A stretch of DNA of 64,000 nt from Anaerolineaceae bacterium (GTDB taxonomy: Bacteria; Chloroflexota; Anaerolineae; Anaerolineales; Anaerolineaceae), in contig JAURZL010000007.1 in the NCBI GenBank assembly GCA_030653365.1, forward strand, positions 434,011 through 498,010, written 5' to 3'. Below are positions 1 to 9,196 of this stretch, in pieces. The position numbers were made by a program, and so were the translations under genes. The notes beneath the pieces are model-generated. The model saw nothing but the letters and a program-made list of their open reading frames with translations. It had not been told where the DNA came from and did no database searches. Each line of letters begins with the position of its first letter. The stretch's first letter is position 1.

Positions 1-1
1 A

Positions 2-487
2 CCATATGCCCATGAATTAATAATTACTACCAATCATCCTGAAAGATATCGCCAATTCGGTATTCAGCTTGTTGGTGATATTTATAAAGATTATGGTGCA
101 TTAGCTGGATTGCACACAGCACTTTCAGCTGCTACAAATGAAGTTGTTTTTGTAATTGCATGTGACTTGCCTTTTGTAAATCTTGGACTCTATAAGTTTA
201 TGAAAAATTTGTTTATGGCAAAAAATGTTGATGTTGTTATTCCAAAAACTGAAATGGGATATGAACCATTTTATGCATTATATCGGAAATCCACATGTTT
301 ACCTTATGTATCGAGCGCAATAGATTCTGGTAAAAGAAGGTTAATTTCCTGGTTTGAATCAGCAATAGTTCATCCAGTATTTGAGGTCGAATTAAGACAA
401 TTTGACCCACTACTTGCGTCTTTTGTTAATATTAATACCCCTGAAGATCTAAAATTAGCAGAAAAACAATGCCTGGAATTTTTATAA
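2..487 (+). CDS. mobA: Molybdenum cofactor guanylyltransferase MobA, 5'-truncated by the window edge
   Basis: The frame is open from base 2 (PYAHELIITTNHPERYRQFGIQLVGD...GALAGLHTAL...VIACDLPF), so the tracked TTG at 110 is internal. The sequence pattern is MobA-like. The N-terminus lies outside the window. Confidence 0.75.
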   Translation, partial: PYAHELIITTNHPERYRQFGIQLVGDIYKDYGALAGLHTALSAATNEVVFVIACDLPFVNLGLYKFMKNLFMAKNVDVVIPKTEMGYEPFYALYRKSTCLPYVSSAIDSGKRRLISWFESAIVHPVFEVELRQFDPLLASFVNINTPEDLKLAEKQCLEFL

Positions 488-1261
488 TTTTATCCGTTCC
501 GGATTTGAATACACTGTAAATTCATTTCGTCTGGTATAACCTATAAGTGTAATGTTATGTTCTTTTGCGAATTCAACTGAAGTTTTGGTTGGACTTGTTC
601 TTGAAACAACAATAGGGACATTCAACCTGGCAGATTTTTGAATCATTTCAGAGCTAACTCGTCCAGTTGTGAGGATTATTTTTCGGGTCCATTGGTGTTT
701 CTTATCTAATAAAAATAATCCGGCTAACTTATCGATTGTGTTATGCCTGCCAATATCTTCCGCGATGAGGTGATTATGATTTCCATCGGAAAGCAAGGAA
801 CAATGTATTCCTCTTGTTTCTTTGTAAACTTCTTGTTTTGATATTAATAAAGCAAAAAGATCCAGGATTAATTGTGGTTCAACAATCAGATCACTTTTGA
901 TTTTTTTTTCCTTTTTTTCAATATTGCTGGTTTTCCCTCCGGCACATCCTGAAGTATTTTCCCATTTTTCAGGTTTTTTAGCTTCATGGTCTAACCAAAC
1001 GTCAACGTTTTTATTATTTTCACATACCCTTGCAATTTCAATTTCTGAAATGGATTCAATGATGTGTTCGTTGTAGAGGAAACCGATTGCTAATTCTTCT
1101 AACAAAAATGGTGAGCATCCAAAAGAAAGCCAGGATTCTCCATTAACTGTAAGTACAACTGAAGACTCTTCCGGTGGAATATGCGTGCTTTTTTTCCATT
1201 GATCTTTGCTGAAAGTCATTGGTTGGAAATGATTTTTATTTTTCATGTGTTTGTTTGCCAA
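482..1261 (-). CDS. fdhD: Formate dehydrogenase accessory sulfurtransferase FdhD
   Basis: 259 aa. GRHNTIDKLAG and TTGRVSSEMIQKSARLNVPIVVSRTSPT motifs are typical of the FdhD/NarQ family. Convergent 6-nt overlap with mobA. Confidence 0.85.
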   Translation of the reverse strand: MANKHMKNKNHFQPMTFSKDQWKKSTHIPPEESSVVLTVNGESWLSFGCSPFLLEELAIGFLYNEHIIESISEIEIARVCENNKNVDVWLDHEAKKPEKWENTSGCAGGKTSNIEKKEKKIKSDLIVEPQLILDLFALLISKQEVYKETRGIHCSLLSDGNHNHLIAEDIGRHNTIDKLAGLFLLDKKHQWTRKIILTTGRVSSEMIQKSARLNVPIVVSRTSPTKTSVEFAKEHNITLIGYTRRNEFTVYSNPERIKL

Positions 1262-1356
1262 TTATAATAAAAGATTGAAGTATGGATAAAGTCTTTTCTA
1301 GCTTTATTATCATATGATTATTAGCAAAAAAGAAAATTTGTTGTGGAGGGTTAAGG

Positions 1357-2388
1357 ATGAATTTTGATGATTTTGAAAAAATAAGTCAAATTGATGTTGA
1401 TAAATTGATTGATCACATTCGAAATCTTCCTGAGTTATTGGTTTCTGGTTGGTCCTATTCAAAACTTCAAGAACCGATCCACATTGATAATATTTCCCGG
1501 GTAGTTTTAGCCGGTTTTTCCAAAATTGAAAATAGTATCGCAATTTTCAAATTATTAATAAACAAACATTGTTCTGTACCAGTTATTACGATTAATGAAA
1601 ATCATTTCCCCATCTGGTGTAAAAATCCTGATACTTTAGTAATTTTTTTGATTGATCAGAATAACTTTGGAGAAATACTGAATTTTTTGGGAAGCAGTTA
1701 TGCTAATAATTGTTCAATTATTACGCTCACAAACAATCAATCTATCGAAAAACAATTAATGAATTATTCAGTGAATAATTGGATTTTTGATAATCACACA
1801 TTTTCAAGATTAACAGTAGCGTTCGATGTAATGGTTTTGTGTGGTTTATTTCATAAACTAAATTTAATACCAGATATGTCAAATGAATTTCAATCTACTA
1901 TAGCAGGGCTGAGGAAAACAATGTCTAAAATAGATTTTAATGTCACTTCAGCTTTGAATCCCGCAAAACGTCTTGCTGGTCAGATGGTGGGAAGATGGAT
2001 AAAAATTGTTGGTGGGGATTGTATGGTTCCTATCGCACGAAGATGGAGTGATCAAATTAATGAAAGTTCGAAAACCATGTCTTATGCTGAGGGCATCCAT
2101 CAATTAATTAACCACTCAATCAATGGAAGCTTTTTCCCAGATAATATTGTTCAACAATCAATGGTAATATTTCTCAAATCAAACCTCAATGACGAAAGCA
2201 TTGAAAATTTGGTAGATCTCGCTAAGAAAGAACTCATGTGTAATGGAATTGGAACTGATGTTTATACAACACTCGGGGAAACATTTTTTTCACAGGTTTG
2301 GAATACGATTCTTTTTGGAGATTACCTGGCTTATTACCTGGCGATCGCATATGAATGTGATCCTTCAAAGACATTGACCATAATTTAA
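1357..2388 (+). CDS. Bifunctional phosphoglucose/phosphomannose isomerase-like (SIS-domain) protein
   Basis: 343 aa. The N-terminus MNFDDFEKISQIDVDKLIDHIRNLPELL resembles the conserved start of archaeal/Chloroflexi-type PGI/PMI. GGAGG SD upstream of the ATG. Family call is from memory of the motif pattern only. Confidence 0.6.
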   Translation: MNFDDFEKISQIDVDKLIDHIRNLPELLVSGWSYSKLQEPIHIDNISRVVLAGFSKIENSIAIFKLLINKHCSVPVITINENHFPIWCKNPDTLVIFLIDQNNFGEILNFLGSSYANNCSIITLTNNQSIEKQLMNYSVNNWIFDNHTFSRLTVAFDVMVLCGLFHKLNLIPDMSNEFQSTIAGLRKTMSKIDFNVTSALNPAKRLAGQMVGRWIKIVGGDCMVPIARRWSDQINESSKTMSYAEGIHQLINHSINGSFFPDNIVQQSMVIFLKSNLNDESIENLVDLAKKELMCNGIGTDVYTTLGETFFSQVWNTILFGDYLAYYLAIAYECDPSKTLTII

Positions 2389-2410
2389 TGATGGCGAGAA
2401 TGAATATTTT

Positions 2411-3661
2411 TCATTCTGACTTTTGTAAAATCTGGTTATAAACCTCGATCATTTTTGTGCTGATTGTTTCCCAGGCATACATTTGAGCGTATTCTGTGCT
2501 CTTTTTCCCTAATTTATTTCCCAGTTCTTTATCTTTTATCAATTCCATCAACCGATTTGCCAGACTTTGGATATCATTTCCAGGTACCACAAATCCAGTT
2601 TCGCCATCTCTCACCAAAAATGCAAGACCTCCAACTTGAGAGGCAACAACAGGGGTGCCACAAGCCATGGCTTCCAATGCAACCATTCCAAATGACTCAT
2701 AATGGGATGGCATAACAACTACTTCTGCAGCAGAATAATAATATGGCAACATTTGTTGATCTTGTTTCCCCAGAAAAATAACAAAATTTTCAATTTTCAA
2801 TTCCTCAACCATATCCTGTAATCTAGCCATTTCCGCATTCATCTCCTCGGGTTTGGCATTAGGTTCACCACCAATAATAACAAGAGTATGAGGACAACAT
2901 TTCAGGACTCCACTTTTATGGTTCAACGAAATCGCCTGAATAAGATTGTCAATGCCCTTAAGCGGTTCTATTCTTCCTACAAATAAAATCATTGTTGCTT
3001 CCTGAGGTACCCCAACAACTTCTTTTGCTTCGTCTTTGGGAATTGGATAAAAATGGCGGATGTCCACTCCTGGGGGAATTACAGATATTTTTGAGGAAGG
3101 TGTATCATAAAGGAATTCAAGTTGGGATTTTTCTGCCAATGTTGCAGCAATTATCCGATTTGCTTTTGCAATTACTTTCTTTTCACCGATCAGGCGATAT
3201 TCGCCTTCCATTTCTTGGGGAGATCTTGCAATCCGGTTCTTCATTAAAACCAGGGTGTGAAACATATGCAGGAAAGGAATATCCCAGGATTCGGATAAGT
3301 CGATTGCTGCGATTCCACTCATCCAATAATGACTATGAATAAGGTCATAATGAATATTTTTTGATTCAACAAATGACTTAACTCCCTGAACAAATTTTGG
3401 AATGTATCTTTCCAACTCAGTTTTAGGTAATGGTATCTCGGGTCCAGCCGGAATATGGACAACGCGGTTATGATATCCCAGATCATGTAAAACATGTGGG
3501 ACATGCTCGTCTTGTGATCTGGTGAATACGTCAACATGAACACCTAACTTACCCAGTGTTCGGGTAAGTTGATGTACATAGACATTCATACCACCTGTAT
3601 CTTTTCCACCAAGAGTAGCCAATGGACATGTATGGTAAGATAACATTGCAATGTTGATCAT
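2411..3661 (-). CDS. Family 4 glycosyltransferase (MshA / sucrose-phosphate-synthase-like)
   Basis: N-terminal HTCPLATLGGKDTGGMNVYV and C-terminal PSHYESFGMVALEAMACGTPVVAS (E-x7-E region) are GT4 hallmarks. ATG at 3661 (MINIAMLSYH) has an AAGGA SD, so it is preferred over the tracked TTG at 3679. Confidence 0.8.
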   Translation of the reverse strand: MINIAMLSYHTCPLATLGGKDTGGMNVYVHQLTRTLGKLGVHVDVFTRSQDEHVPHVLHDLGYHNRVVHIPAGPEIPLPKTELERYIPKFVQGVKSFVESKNIHYDLIHSHYWMSGIAAIDLSESWDIPFLHMFHTLVLMKNRIARSPQEMEGEYRLIGEKKVIAKANRIIAATLAEKSQLEFLYDTPSSKISVIPPGVDIRHFYPIPKDEAKEVVGVPQEATMILFVGRIEPLKGIDNLIQAISLNHKSGVLKCCPHTLVIIGGEPNAKPEEMNAEMARLQDMVEELKIENFVIFLGKQDQQMLPYYYSAAEVVVMPSHYESFGMVALEAMACGTPVVASQVGGLAFLVRDGETGFVVPGNDIQSLANRLMELIKDKELGNKLGKKSTEYAQMYAWETISTKMIEVYNQILQKSE

Positions 3662-3706
3662 AAAATCCTTGCCTATCAATTTTTCTACTGGTATAATCTC
3701 GCGCGT

Positions 3707-3779
3707 GCCACAGTGGCTCAGTTGGTAGAGCAGACGATTCGTAATCGTCAGGTCATGGGTTCGACTCCCATCTGTGGCT
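3707..3779 (+). tRNA. tRNA-Thr (anticodon CGT)
   Basis: Hand-folded cloverleaf: acceptor GCCACAG/CTGTGGC, D arm GCTC..GAGC, anticodon stem GACGA/TCGTC with loop TTCGTAA, T arm ATGGG-TTCGACT-CCCAT, discriminator T. CCA is not encoded. Confidence 0.9.
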
Positions 3780-3780
3780 C

Positions 3781-5367
3781 CTATTTATTAATTATAAACC
3801 TGTGATAATTATCCAGGTAATTTCTTGTTGCTCTTCTTCCTTCTTCTACGAGATCAATGAATTTTTGATCTTTTTTAGTAAGATGAAAGTCAGTTGATGA
3901 AATTCCTAATGTGTTTATCTTAACAGATCGTCTTTGATCAATTGGATTATTGTCAATCCCAGCAATTTGAAGACTGATATTATAGGACTCATAAATGTGA
4001 GAGATGAAATCTTTGAAGCTCTCGATTTTTTTTGTTTCAGAGACTAATTCAGCATTGGTATAAAGATAAAACCCAAGTGTTTCCCAATTTATCCCATTTT
4101 CGTACCAGAGGTTGTTATCCTGATATTTAGGATGGTCAAAAATCGGTAATGGGTAATTCATCAAAATACCACCATCCACATAGTAATCACCTTCACCAAA
4201 TACTTTTCCATTGAATCGCATAACTTCAAAATATAAGGGGATCGACATTGACATCCTGACAGCATTGGCAACCGGAAAGTCTGGCGTTGTATCGGCAGAA
4301 AAGACTGCAACCTCAAGTTTGGAGATATTCGCGCTGATCACAAATAAATCTTTATGTCCGAATTTCCTAAAATCAGAAAAGGTCGCGTCAGAGTTCCCTT
4401 CACAATATTGAGCAATTATATTTCGAAGCCATTTATTAAAATATTCACTTGAATACCAGCCATATTTTGTCATTAAACGCTGTACGGCCTCGAAATCACC
4501 AGTAATTTTCGAGATCTCTTTTCCAATGAATTTTGGAAGCCATTCCGGCTCATTTTCTTTATTTTCAGACCTTAATTGTGGAACCTGTTTGAAATCCAGT
4601 GATTCAATTAATTTCAGAGTCTCAGAAAAACTTAAATTTAAACTAACTAAAGTAGCTGTAATTGCACCAGCGGATGAACCTGCCACACGCTGAATTTGTT
4701 TCAATAAACCTTTTTCATCCAAAACTTCGAGAGCACCGGTATAGGCGGTGCCTTTCATTCCTCCTCCTCTAAATACCAAATTCTTAAATGGGTAGGTAGG
4801 AATCGAAGAGTGGAGATTTATTGGGGGAATTGGTATGATTCGCCCTTTGACTCTTTTTTTGTATTCTAAATAAAATGGTCCAAATTCTTTTTCCAGGTTT
4901 TCTTCTTCATGAATGATGTGGAGTTGTAATGCAACCCACCAGATTGGTGTGAGGGCTAAGCCAATTATCGAATGAAAAATTAATGCCAAGGAGAATGAAA
5001 ATAATATTTCACCTAGAAAAAATGGATGTCGAACGATGCGAAATAAACCATTGGTTTTAAAATCATTTTTCTTGGCTGATGTGATTAAAGGTTGTGAGAT
5101 TATGCTAGGAATAATAAAAACCAAACTAAAAATACCAATAATTATGCCCAGCCCAAGGAGATAGTTATTTTGAATCAGTCTATGTTGTGGAATGAAAGGG
5201 AGAACCAAGACAATCCTTCCAATGCTAAATAAAAAACCTGAAATCTGGGCAAAAAGACGAAATCTTTTTCCGAAACGTGTATTTACTGCAGTATTTGCAC
5301 CTAATAAACCCAAAAGGCTGATTCCAGCCCAAAAAAAAGGGTTTTGAACGAAATCAAACATGTCCAC
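3781..5367 (-). CDS. Fusion protein: N-terminal ICMT/PEMT-like polytopic membrane methyltransferase domain plus C-terminal patatin-like phospholipase
   Basis: 528 aa. The N-terminal ~180 aa are hydrophobic with RHPFFLGE and EEENLEKEFGPFYLEYKKRV (ICMT/PEMT-type motifs). The C-terminal part has the patatin motifs GGGMKG (oxyanion), GSSAG (GxSxG serine) and YVDGG (catalytic Asp). Confidence 0.8.
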   Translation of the reverse strand: MDMFDFVQNPFFWAGISLLGLLGANTAVNTRFGKRFRLFAQISGFLFSIGRIVLVLPFIPQHRLIQNNYLLGLGIIIGIFSLVFIIPSIISQPLITSAKKNDFKTNGLFRIVRHPFFLGEILFSFSLALIFHSIIGLALTPIWWVALQLHIIHEEENLEKEFGPFYLEYKKRVKGRIIPIPPINLHSSIPTYPFKNLVFRGGGMKGTAYTGALEVLDEKGLLKQIQRVAGSSAGAITATLVSLNLSFSETLKLIESLDFKQVPQLRSENKENEPEWLPKFIGKEISKITGDFEAVQRLMTKYGWYSSEYFNKWLRNIIAQYCEGNSDATFSDFRKFGHKDLFVISANISKLEVAVFSADTTPDFPVANAVRMSMSIPLYFEVMRFNGKVFGEGDYYVDGGILMNYPLPIFDHPKYQDNNLWYENGINWETLGFYLYTNAELVSETKKIESFKDFISHIYESYNISLQIAGIDNNPIDQRRSVKINTLGISSTDFHLTKKDQKFIDLVEEGRRATRNYLDNYHRFIINK

Positions 5368-5427
5368 TCCTGCTATTGATATTAATTAATCTTACTTCAT
5401 TTGTTGGAATAAGATTATAATTTTTAT

Positions 5428-6075
5428 ATGACAAAACGGAAAACGCCACTTGTAATTGGGATTGCCGGGGGATCAGGTTCAGGAAAAACAACCGTAGCCA
5501 ATGAGATATTAAAAAGTGTTGGATCAAATCGTATTTCTTTATTACCACACGATGCTTATTATCGGGATCTTAGTGCTTTACCGGAGAATCAAAGGAAATT
5601 AATAAATTTTGATCATCCTAATTCACTTGAAAACGAACTTCTCGTTGAGCATGTGATTCAATTGAAAAATTGGGAGAGAATCTATTTGCCTGTGTATGAT
5701 TTTACGACACATACCAGGACGAATAAAACTATACAGATCGAACCTCAATTGGTTATTGTAGTTGAAGGGATTTTAATTTTTGCAGAACCAAAATTACGGG
5801 ATTTATTCGATGTAAAAATATTCGTGGATACAGATGATGATATTCGCTTTATCCGCCGTTTACAGCGGGATATTGCTGAACGTGGCCGTTCGATGGACAT
5901 GGTGATTCATCAATATTTAACCACTGTCAGACCCATGCATCTGGATTTTGTTGAACCTTCCAAAAGATATGCTGACGTGATCATTCCTGAAGGTGGAAGA
6001 AATCAGGTTGCTTTGGATATGGTTATCGCTCGAATAGAATCATTACTTAAATCCTCTGATAAAACCCTATTGTGA
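5428..6075 (+). CDS. udk: Uridine kinase
   Basis: 215 aa. P-loop IGIAGGSGSGKTT, NFDHP and RRLQRDIAERGR motifs are typical of Udk. Confidence 0.9.
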   Translation: MTKRKTPLVIGIAGGSGSGKTTVANEILKSVGSNRISLLPHDAYYRDLSALPENQRKLINFDHPNSLENELLVEHVIQLKNWERIYLPVYDFTTHTRTNKTIQIEPQLVIVVEGILIFAEPKLRDLFDVKIFVDTDDDIRFIRRLQRDIAERGRSMDMVIHQYLTTVRPMHLDFVEPSKRYADVIIPEGGRNQVALDMVIARIESLLKSSDKTLL

Positions 6076-6079
6076 ACCA

Positions 6080-6634
6080 ATGAGCAAAGAAAAGCGATTA
6101 ACAATTCTTCGGTGGCTTGCTATACTCTTTGTGATCGGTTTAACGATTGTTTTGTTTCTTAACCGTGAAAGTATCCAATATTTAGAACAATTTGGATATG
6201 TCGGAATTTTTCTTGCATCCTTATTGACGAATGCTTCTTTAATCCTGCCAGTGCCTGGTGTTCTGATAACCTCTGCAATGGGAGCAGTTTTTAATCCATT
6301 TTATGTAGCTTTGGCTGCAGGAGGAGGGGCAACGTTAGGAGAAATATCCGGTTATCTTGCTGGTTTTAGCGGTCAAACGATTATTGAAAAAGCAAAATGG
6401 CACGAAAAATTAGAAGGTTGGATGAGAAGGTATGGTAGTTTAACGATACTTGTTTTGGCTTTTATCCCAAATCCTGCATTTGATATTGTAGGAATTATGG
6501 CAGGTGCGATGAAAATCCCAATTCATCGATTTCTATTTTTCTGTCTTATTGGAAAAGTGTTAAAAATGTTGGTTTTTGCATATGGCGGATTTATATTAGG
6601 GAATCAAATCTCTGTTTCGGAAGGAACAAGATAG
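6080..6634 (+). CDS. DedA/YqaA-family (VTT-domain) membrane protein
   Basis: 184 aa polytopic membrane protein. LILPVPGVL ... GATLGEISGYLAG pattern resembles YqaA/DedA. Starts 4 nt after the udk stop. Confidence 0.6.
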   Translation: MSKEKRLTILRWLAILFVIGLTIVLFLNRESIQYLEQFGYVGIFLASLLTNASLILPVPGVLITSAMGAVFNPFYVALAAGGGATLGEISGYLAGFSGQTIIEKAKWHEKLEGWMRRYGSLTILVLAFIPNPAFDIVGIMAGAMKIPIHRFLFFCLIGKVLKMLVFAYGGFILGNQISVSEGTR

Positions 6635-6636
6635 AT

Positions 6637-7998
6637 ATGGACTATAACAAAATTGATGATTTTATTAATAGCCATTTACAGAATAGTATTGAAGAATTAA
6701 CTAAATTATGTAAATTTCCAAGTGTTTCTGCAAAGAACCAACAACTTCCTGAAACCGCATATTTTGTGGGGGATTTGTTAAAAAAACGAGGATTTGATGT
6801 AAAAATAGGATCAGGGAACGGTGCTCCTGTGGTATACGCTGAAAGAAAAGGTGTCAGTGAAAAGTCTTTATTGTTCTACAATCATTATGATGTTCAACCA
6901 GCTGAACCGTTAGAATTATGGAAATCAGATCCGTTTGAATTGCGTTACGATAATGACCATTTATTTGCTCGTGGGGCAAGCGATGATAAGGGGCAGATCA
7001 TTAGCCGATTAGCAGCAATTGACGCACTACTTGATCAAGAATCAGACCTACCCTGCACAATAAAATTTGTTATCGAGGGAGAAGAAGAAGTTAGCAGCAA
7101 AAACCTTGCTCCATTTATTGAAAATAATATTGAATTATTAAAAGCAGATGGATGTATTTGGGAATTTGGTGGTGTAAATGATTACGATCAACCGATCCAA
7201 TATTTAGGATTGCGGGGAATTTGTTATGTTGAATTGTCAATAACAACTGCAAATCAGGATGTTCATTCCGGACTGGGTGGGTCGATATTTCCAAATGCAG
7301 CCTGGCGTTTAGTTTGGGCATTGAATTCATTAAAAGACGAGGATGAAAATATTCTCATCCCGGGATTCTATGAGGATGTTATTCCACCCAGCAGTTTAGA
7401 TCTGCATTTATTTGGACAACTTCCCGATATGCGTGAAATTTACAAAAATAGATATGGAATCAAAGAATTTATCAATGGCGTGCAAGGTGGGGTTGATTTA
7501 AATGTTTCTGAAGCCTTGTTGCCAACTTGTACAATTTGTGGTCTTTCCTCTGGTTATCAAGGTGAAGGATCAAAAACAGTTTTGCCGGCAAAAGCAAGTG
7601 CAAAAATTGATTTTCGGTTAGTTCCGGAGCAAACCCCAGAAAAAATCTTGACACTTCTAAGAGATCATTTAGATAAACATGGATTCTTAGATATAGAAAT
7701 TTCATTCCTTGGTGGCGAATCTCCAGCACGTACCGATCCGGATCATCCTTTTGTAAATCTGGTTGTCGAAAGCGCAAAAGACGTTTATGGAATGCCAATG
7801 ATAGTGGTTCCCATGGTTGGTGGGTCAGGTCCAAACCACTTGTTTATTAAACATTTAAATGTTCCTATCGTTACTGCTGGCGTATCTTATCCTGGATCAC
7901 AGAACCATGCTCCAAATGAAAATATCCGAGTTGTAGATTTTCTTAAGGGTACGAAGCATCTTGCCAGAATTATTTCCGAATTTGGATCATTGGGTTAA
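6637..7998 (+). CDS. M20-family metallopeptidase/dipeptidase (ArgE/DapE/CPG2-like)
   Basis: 453 aa. NHYDVQPAEP and ARGASDDKGQ metal-binding/catalytic motifs and EGEEE are typical of M20 dipeptidases. Confidence 0.8.
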   Translation: MDYNKIDDFINSHLQNSIEELTKLCKFPSVSAKNQQLPETAYFVGDLLKKRGFDVKIGSGNGAPVVYAERKGVSEKSLLFYNHYDVQPAEPLELWKSDPFELRYDNDHLFARGASDDKGQIISRLAAIDALLDQESDLPCTIKFVIEGEEEVSSKNLAPFIENNIELLKADGCIWEFGGVNDYDQPIQYLGLRGICYVELSITTANQDVHSGLGGSIFPNAAWRLVWALNSLKDEDENILIPGFYEDVIPPSSLDLHLFGQLPDMREIYKNRYGIKEFINGVQGGVDLNVSEALLPTCTICGLSSGYQGEGSKTVLPAKASAKIDFRLVPEQTPEKILTLLRDHLDKHGFLDIEISFLGGESPARTDPDHPFVNLVVESAKDVYGMPMIVVPMVGGSGPNHLFIKHLNVPIVTAGVSYPGSQNHAPNENIRVVDFLKGTKHLARIISEFGSLG

Positions 7999-8071
7999 TT
8001 GTGATTTAACACGAATTATTACCAGAAATAAGTAAAAAAATTACCTTTTCAAAATTTATAAAATTTCAATA

Positions 8072-8080
8072 TGGTATAAT
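8072..8080 (+). promoter_or_regulatory. Candidate extended -10 promoter (TGgTATAAT) for the mreB cluster
   Basis: TGGTATAAT lies 36 nt upstream of the mreB start. GGAG at 8105-8108 sits 7 nt before the TTG at 8116. No convincing -35 element. Confidence 0.35.
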
Positions 8081-8115
8081 CCTGATTTATAGAATCCTAA
8101 TTTAGGAGTAACAAT

Positions 8116-9162
8116 TTGGCTTTTCGACCACTGAATTGGCTGTTTGGACTTTTTTCACTTGATATTGGAATTGATTTGGGCACAGCTAACACATTAGTTA
8201 ATGTGCGTGGTAAGGGTATTGTTATTAATGAACCTTCCTGGGTTGTTATCGATAAGAAAACCCGACGGCCAGAAAAAATCGGGTTACAAGCGAAAGAAAT
8301 GGTAGGGAGAACACCTGCCACTCATATTGCTATTCGACCGTTACGGGATGGTGTCATATCTGAATACGATGTAACCAAAGATTTGATTGGTTATTTTCTT
8401 AGCAAAGCGCATCAACAAACTCTTGTTCCCTTACCAAGACCTCGCGTGGTCATTGGAATCCCTTCTGGAGCGACTGAGGTTGAAAAGAACGCAGTCTATG
8501 ATGCATCTAAAGAATCTGGTGCAAGAGAAACATATTTAATTGAAGAACCAATGGCAGCAGCATTAGGAGCTGGTTTACCTATTACAGATTATGTTGGAAG
8601 TATGGTTGTTGATATTGGTGGCGGTACATCGGAAGTAGCTATCATTTCAATGAGTGGGGTAGTTGTTTCCAGATCTCTACGGGTCGCGGGAGATGAATTG
8701 GATCAAGACATCATCACATATATACGAAATAAGTACAATTTATTAATTGGTGAACGCATGGCAGAACAGGTGAAAATGACTGTTGGTTCTGCTTATCCGC
8801 TTCCTACAGAAAAAACAATGCACGTGCGTGGTCGAAATCTTGTCACAGGATTGCCAGAAGAGCTGGAAATTTCTTCTGTTGAAGTAAGAGAGGCGATCAG
8901 TGGCTCTGTACAGGTCATCATTGATACCATTAAAGATGCTTTGGATGAAGCTCCCCCTGAAATAGTCGCTGACCTAATGGAAAATGGTATTTGTCTTGCA
9001 GGAGGCGGTGCCTTACTATTAGGTTTGAAGGAAAGACTGTCTGATGAATTGAATCTACGTGTATGGGTTGCTGAAGACCCATTAACATGTGTGGCTCGCG
9101 GTGCAGGGATGGTATTAGATGATCTAGAGAAATATTCAAAATTACTCGTTGACATCGATTAA
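8116..9162 (+). CDS. mreB: Rod shape-determining actin homologue MreB
   Basis: 348 aa. DIGIDLGTANTL, VIGIPSGATEVE and VVDIGGGTSEVA actin-fold phosphate motifs. TTG start with a properly spaced SD. Confidence 0.95.
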   Translation: MAFRPLNWLFGLFSLDIGIDLGTANTLVNVRGKGIVINEPSWVVIDKKTRRPEKIGLQAKEMVGRTPATHIAIRPLRDGVISEYDVTKDLIGYFLSKAHQQTLVPLPRPRVVIGIPSGATEVEKNAVYDASKESGARETYLIEEPMAAALGAGLPITDYVGSMVVDIGGGTSEVAIISMSGVVVSRSLRVAGDELDQDIITYIRNKYNLLIGERMAEQVKMTVGSAYPLPTEKTMHVRGRNLVTGLPEELEISSVEVREAISGSVQVIIDTIKDALDEAPPEIVADLMENGICLAGGGALLLGLKERLSDELNLRVWVAEDPLTCVARGAGMVLDDLEKYSKLLVDID

Positions 9163-9196
9163 TTAAGAATACTGCATTAACAAAATCAATGATGGA

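Noticed and set aside
1310-1543. 77-aa minus-strand ORF overlapping the start of the PGI/PMI-like gene.
   Set aside because: It overlaps the better-supported plus-strand gene and its SD region, has no recognisable features and has an odd composition.
2641-2660. Minus-strand TGGCAC-ccctg-TTGT resembling a sigma-54 -24 element.
   Set aside because: It lies inside the glycosyltransferase coding region, and the -12 element is TTGT rather than TTGC at the required spacing. Other TGGCAC/TGGCAT occurrences (for example 14512, 24311, 37137) also lack a -12 element.
3680-5427. Possibility of a tRNA-Thr-associated genomic island carrying the patatin-fusion gene.
   Set aside because: There is no integrase, no duplicated tRNA 3' segment and no compositional break visible by eye. 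Only a single gene lies between the tRNA and udk.
8793-9155. 120-aa and 69-aa antisense ORFs inside mreB, with similar long antisense ORFs inside mrdA (11050-12427), the acetyl-CoA synthetase gene (33263-34943) and rel (19745-21490).
   Set aside because: They lie entirely within well-supported conserved genes on the opposite strand, have no SD or start context, and have low-complexity or odd composition. This is typical of shadow ORFs.
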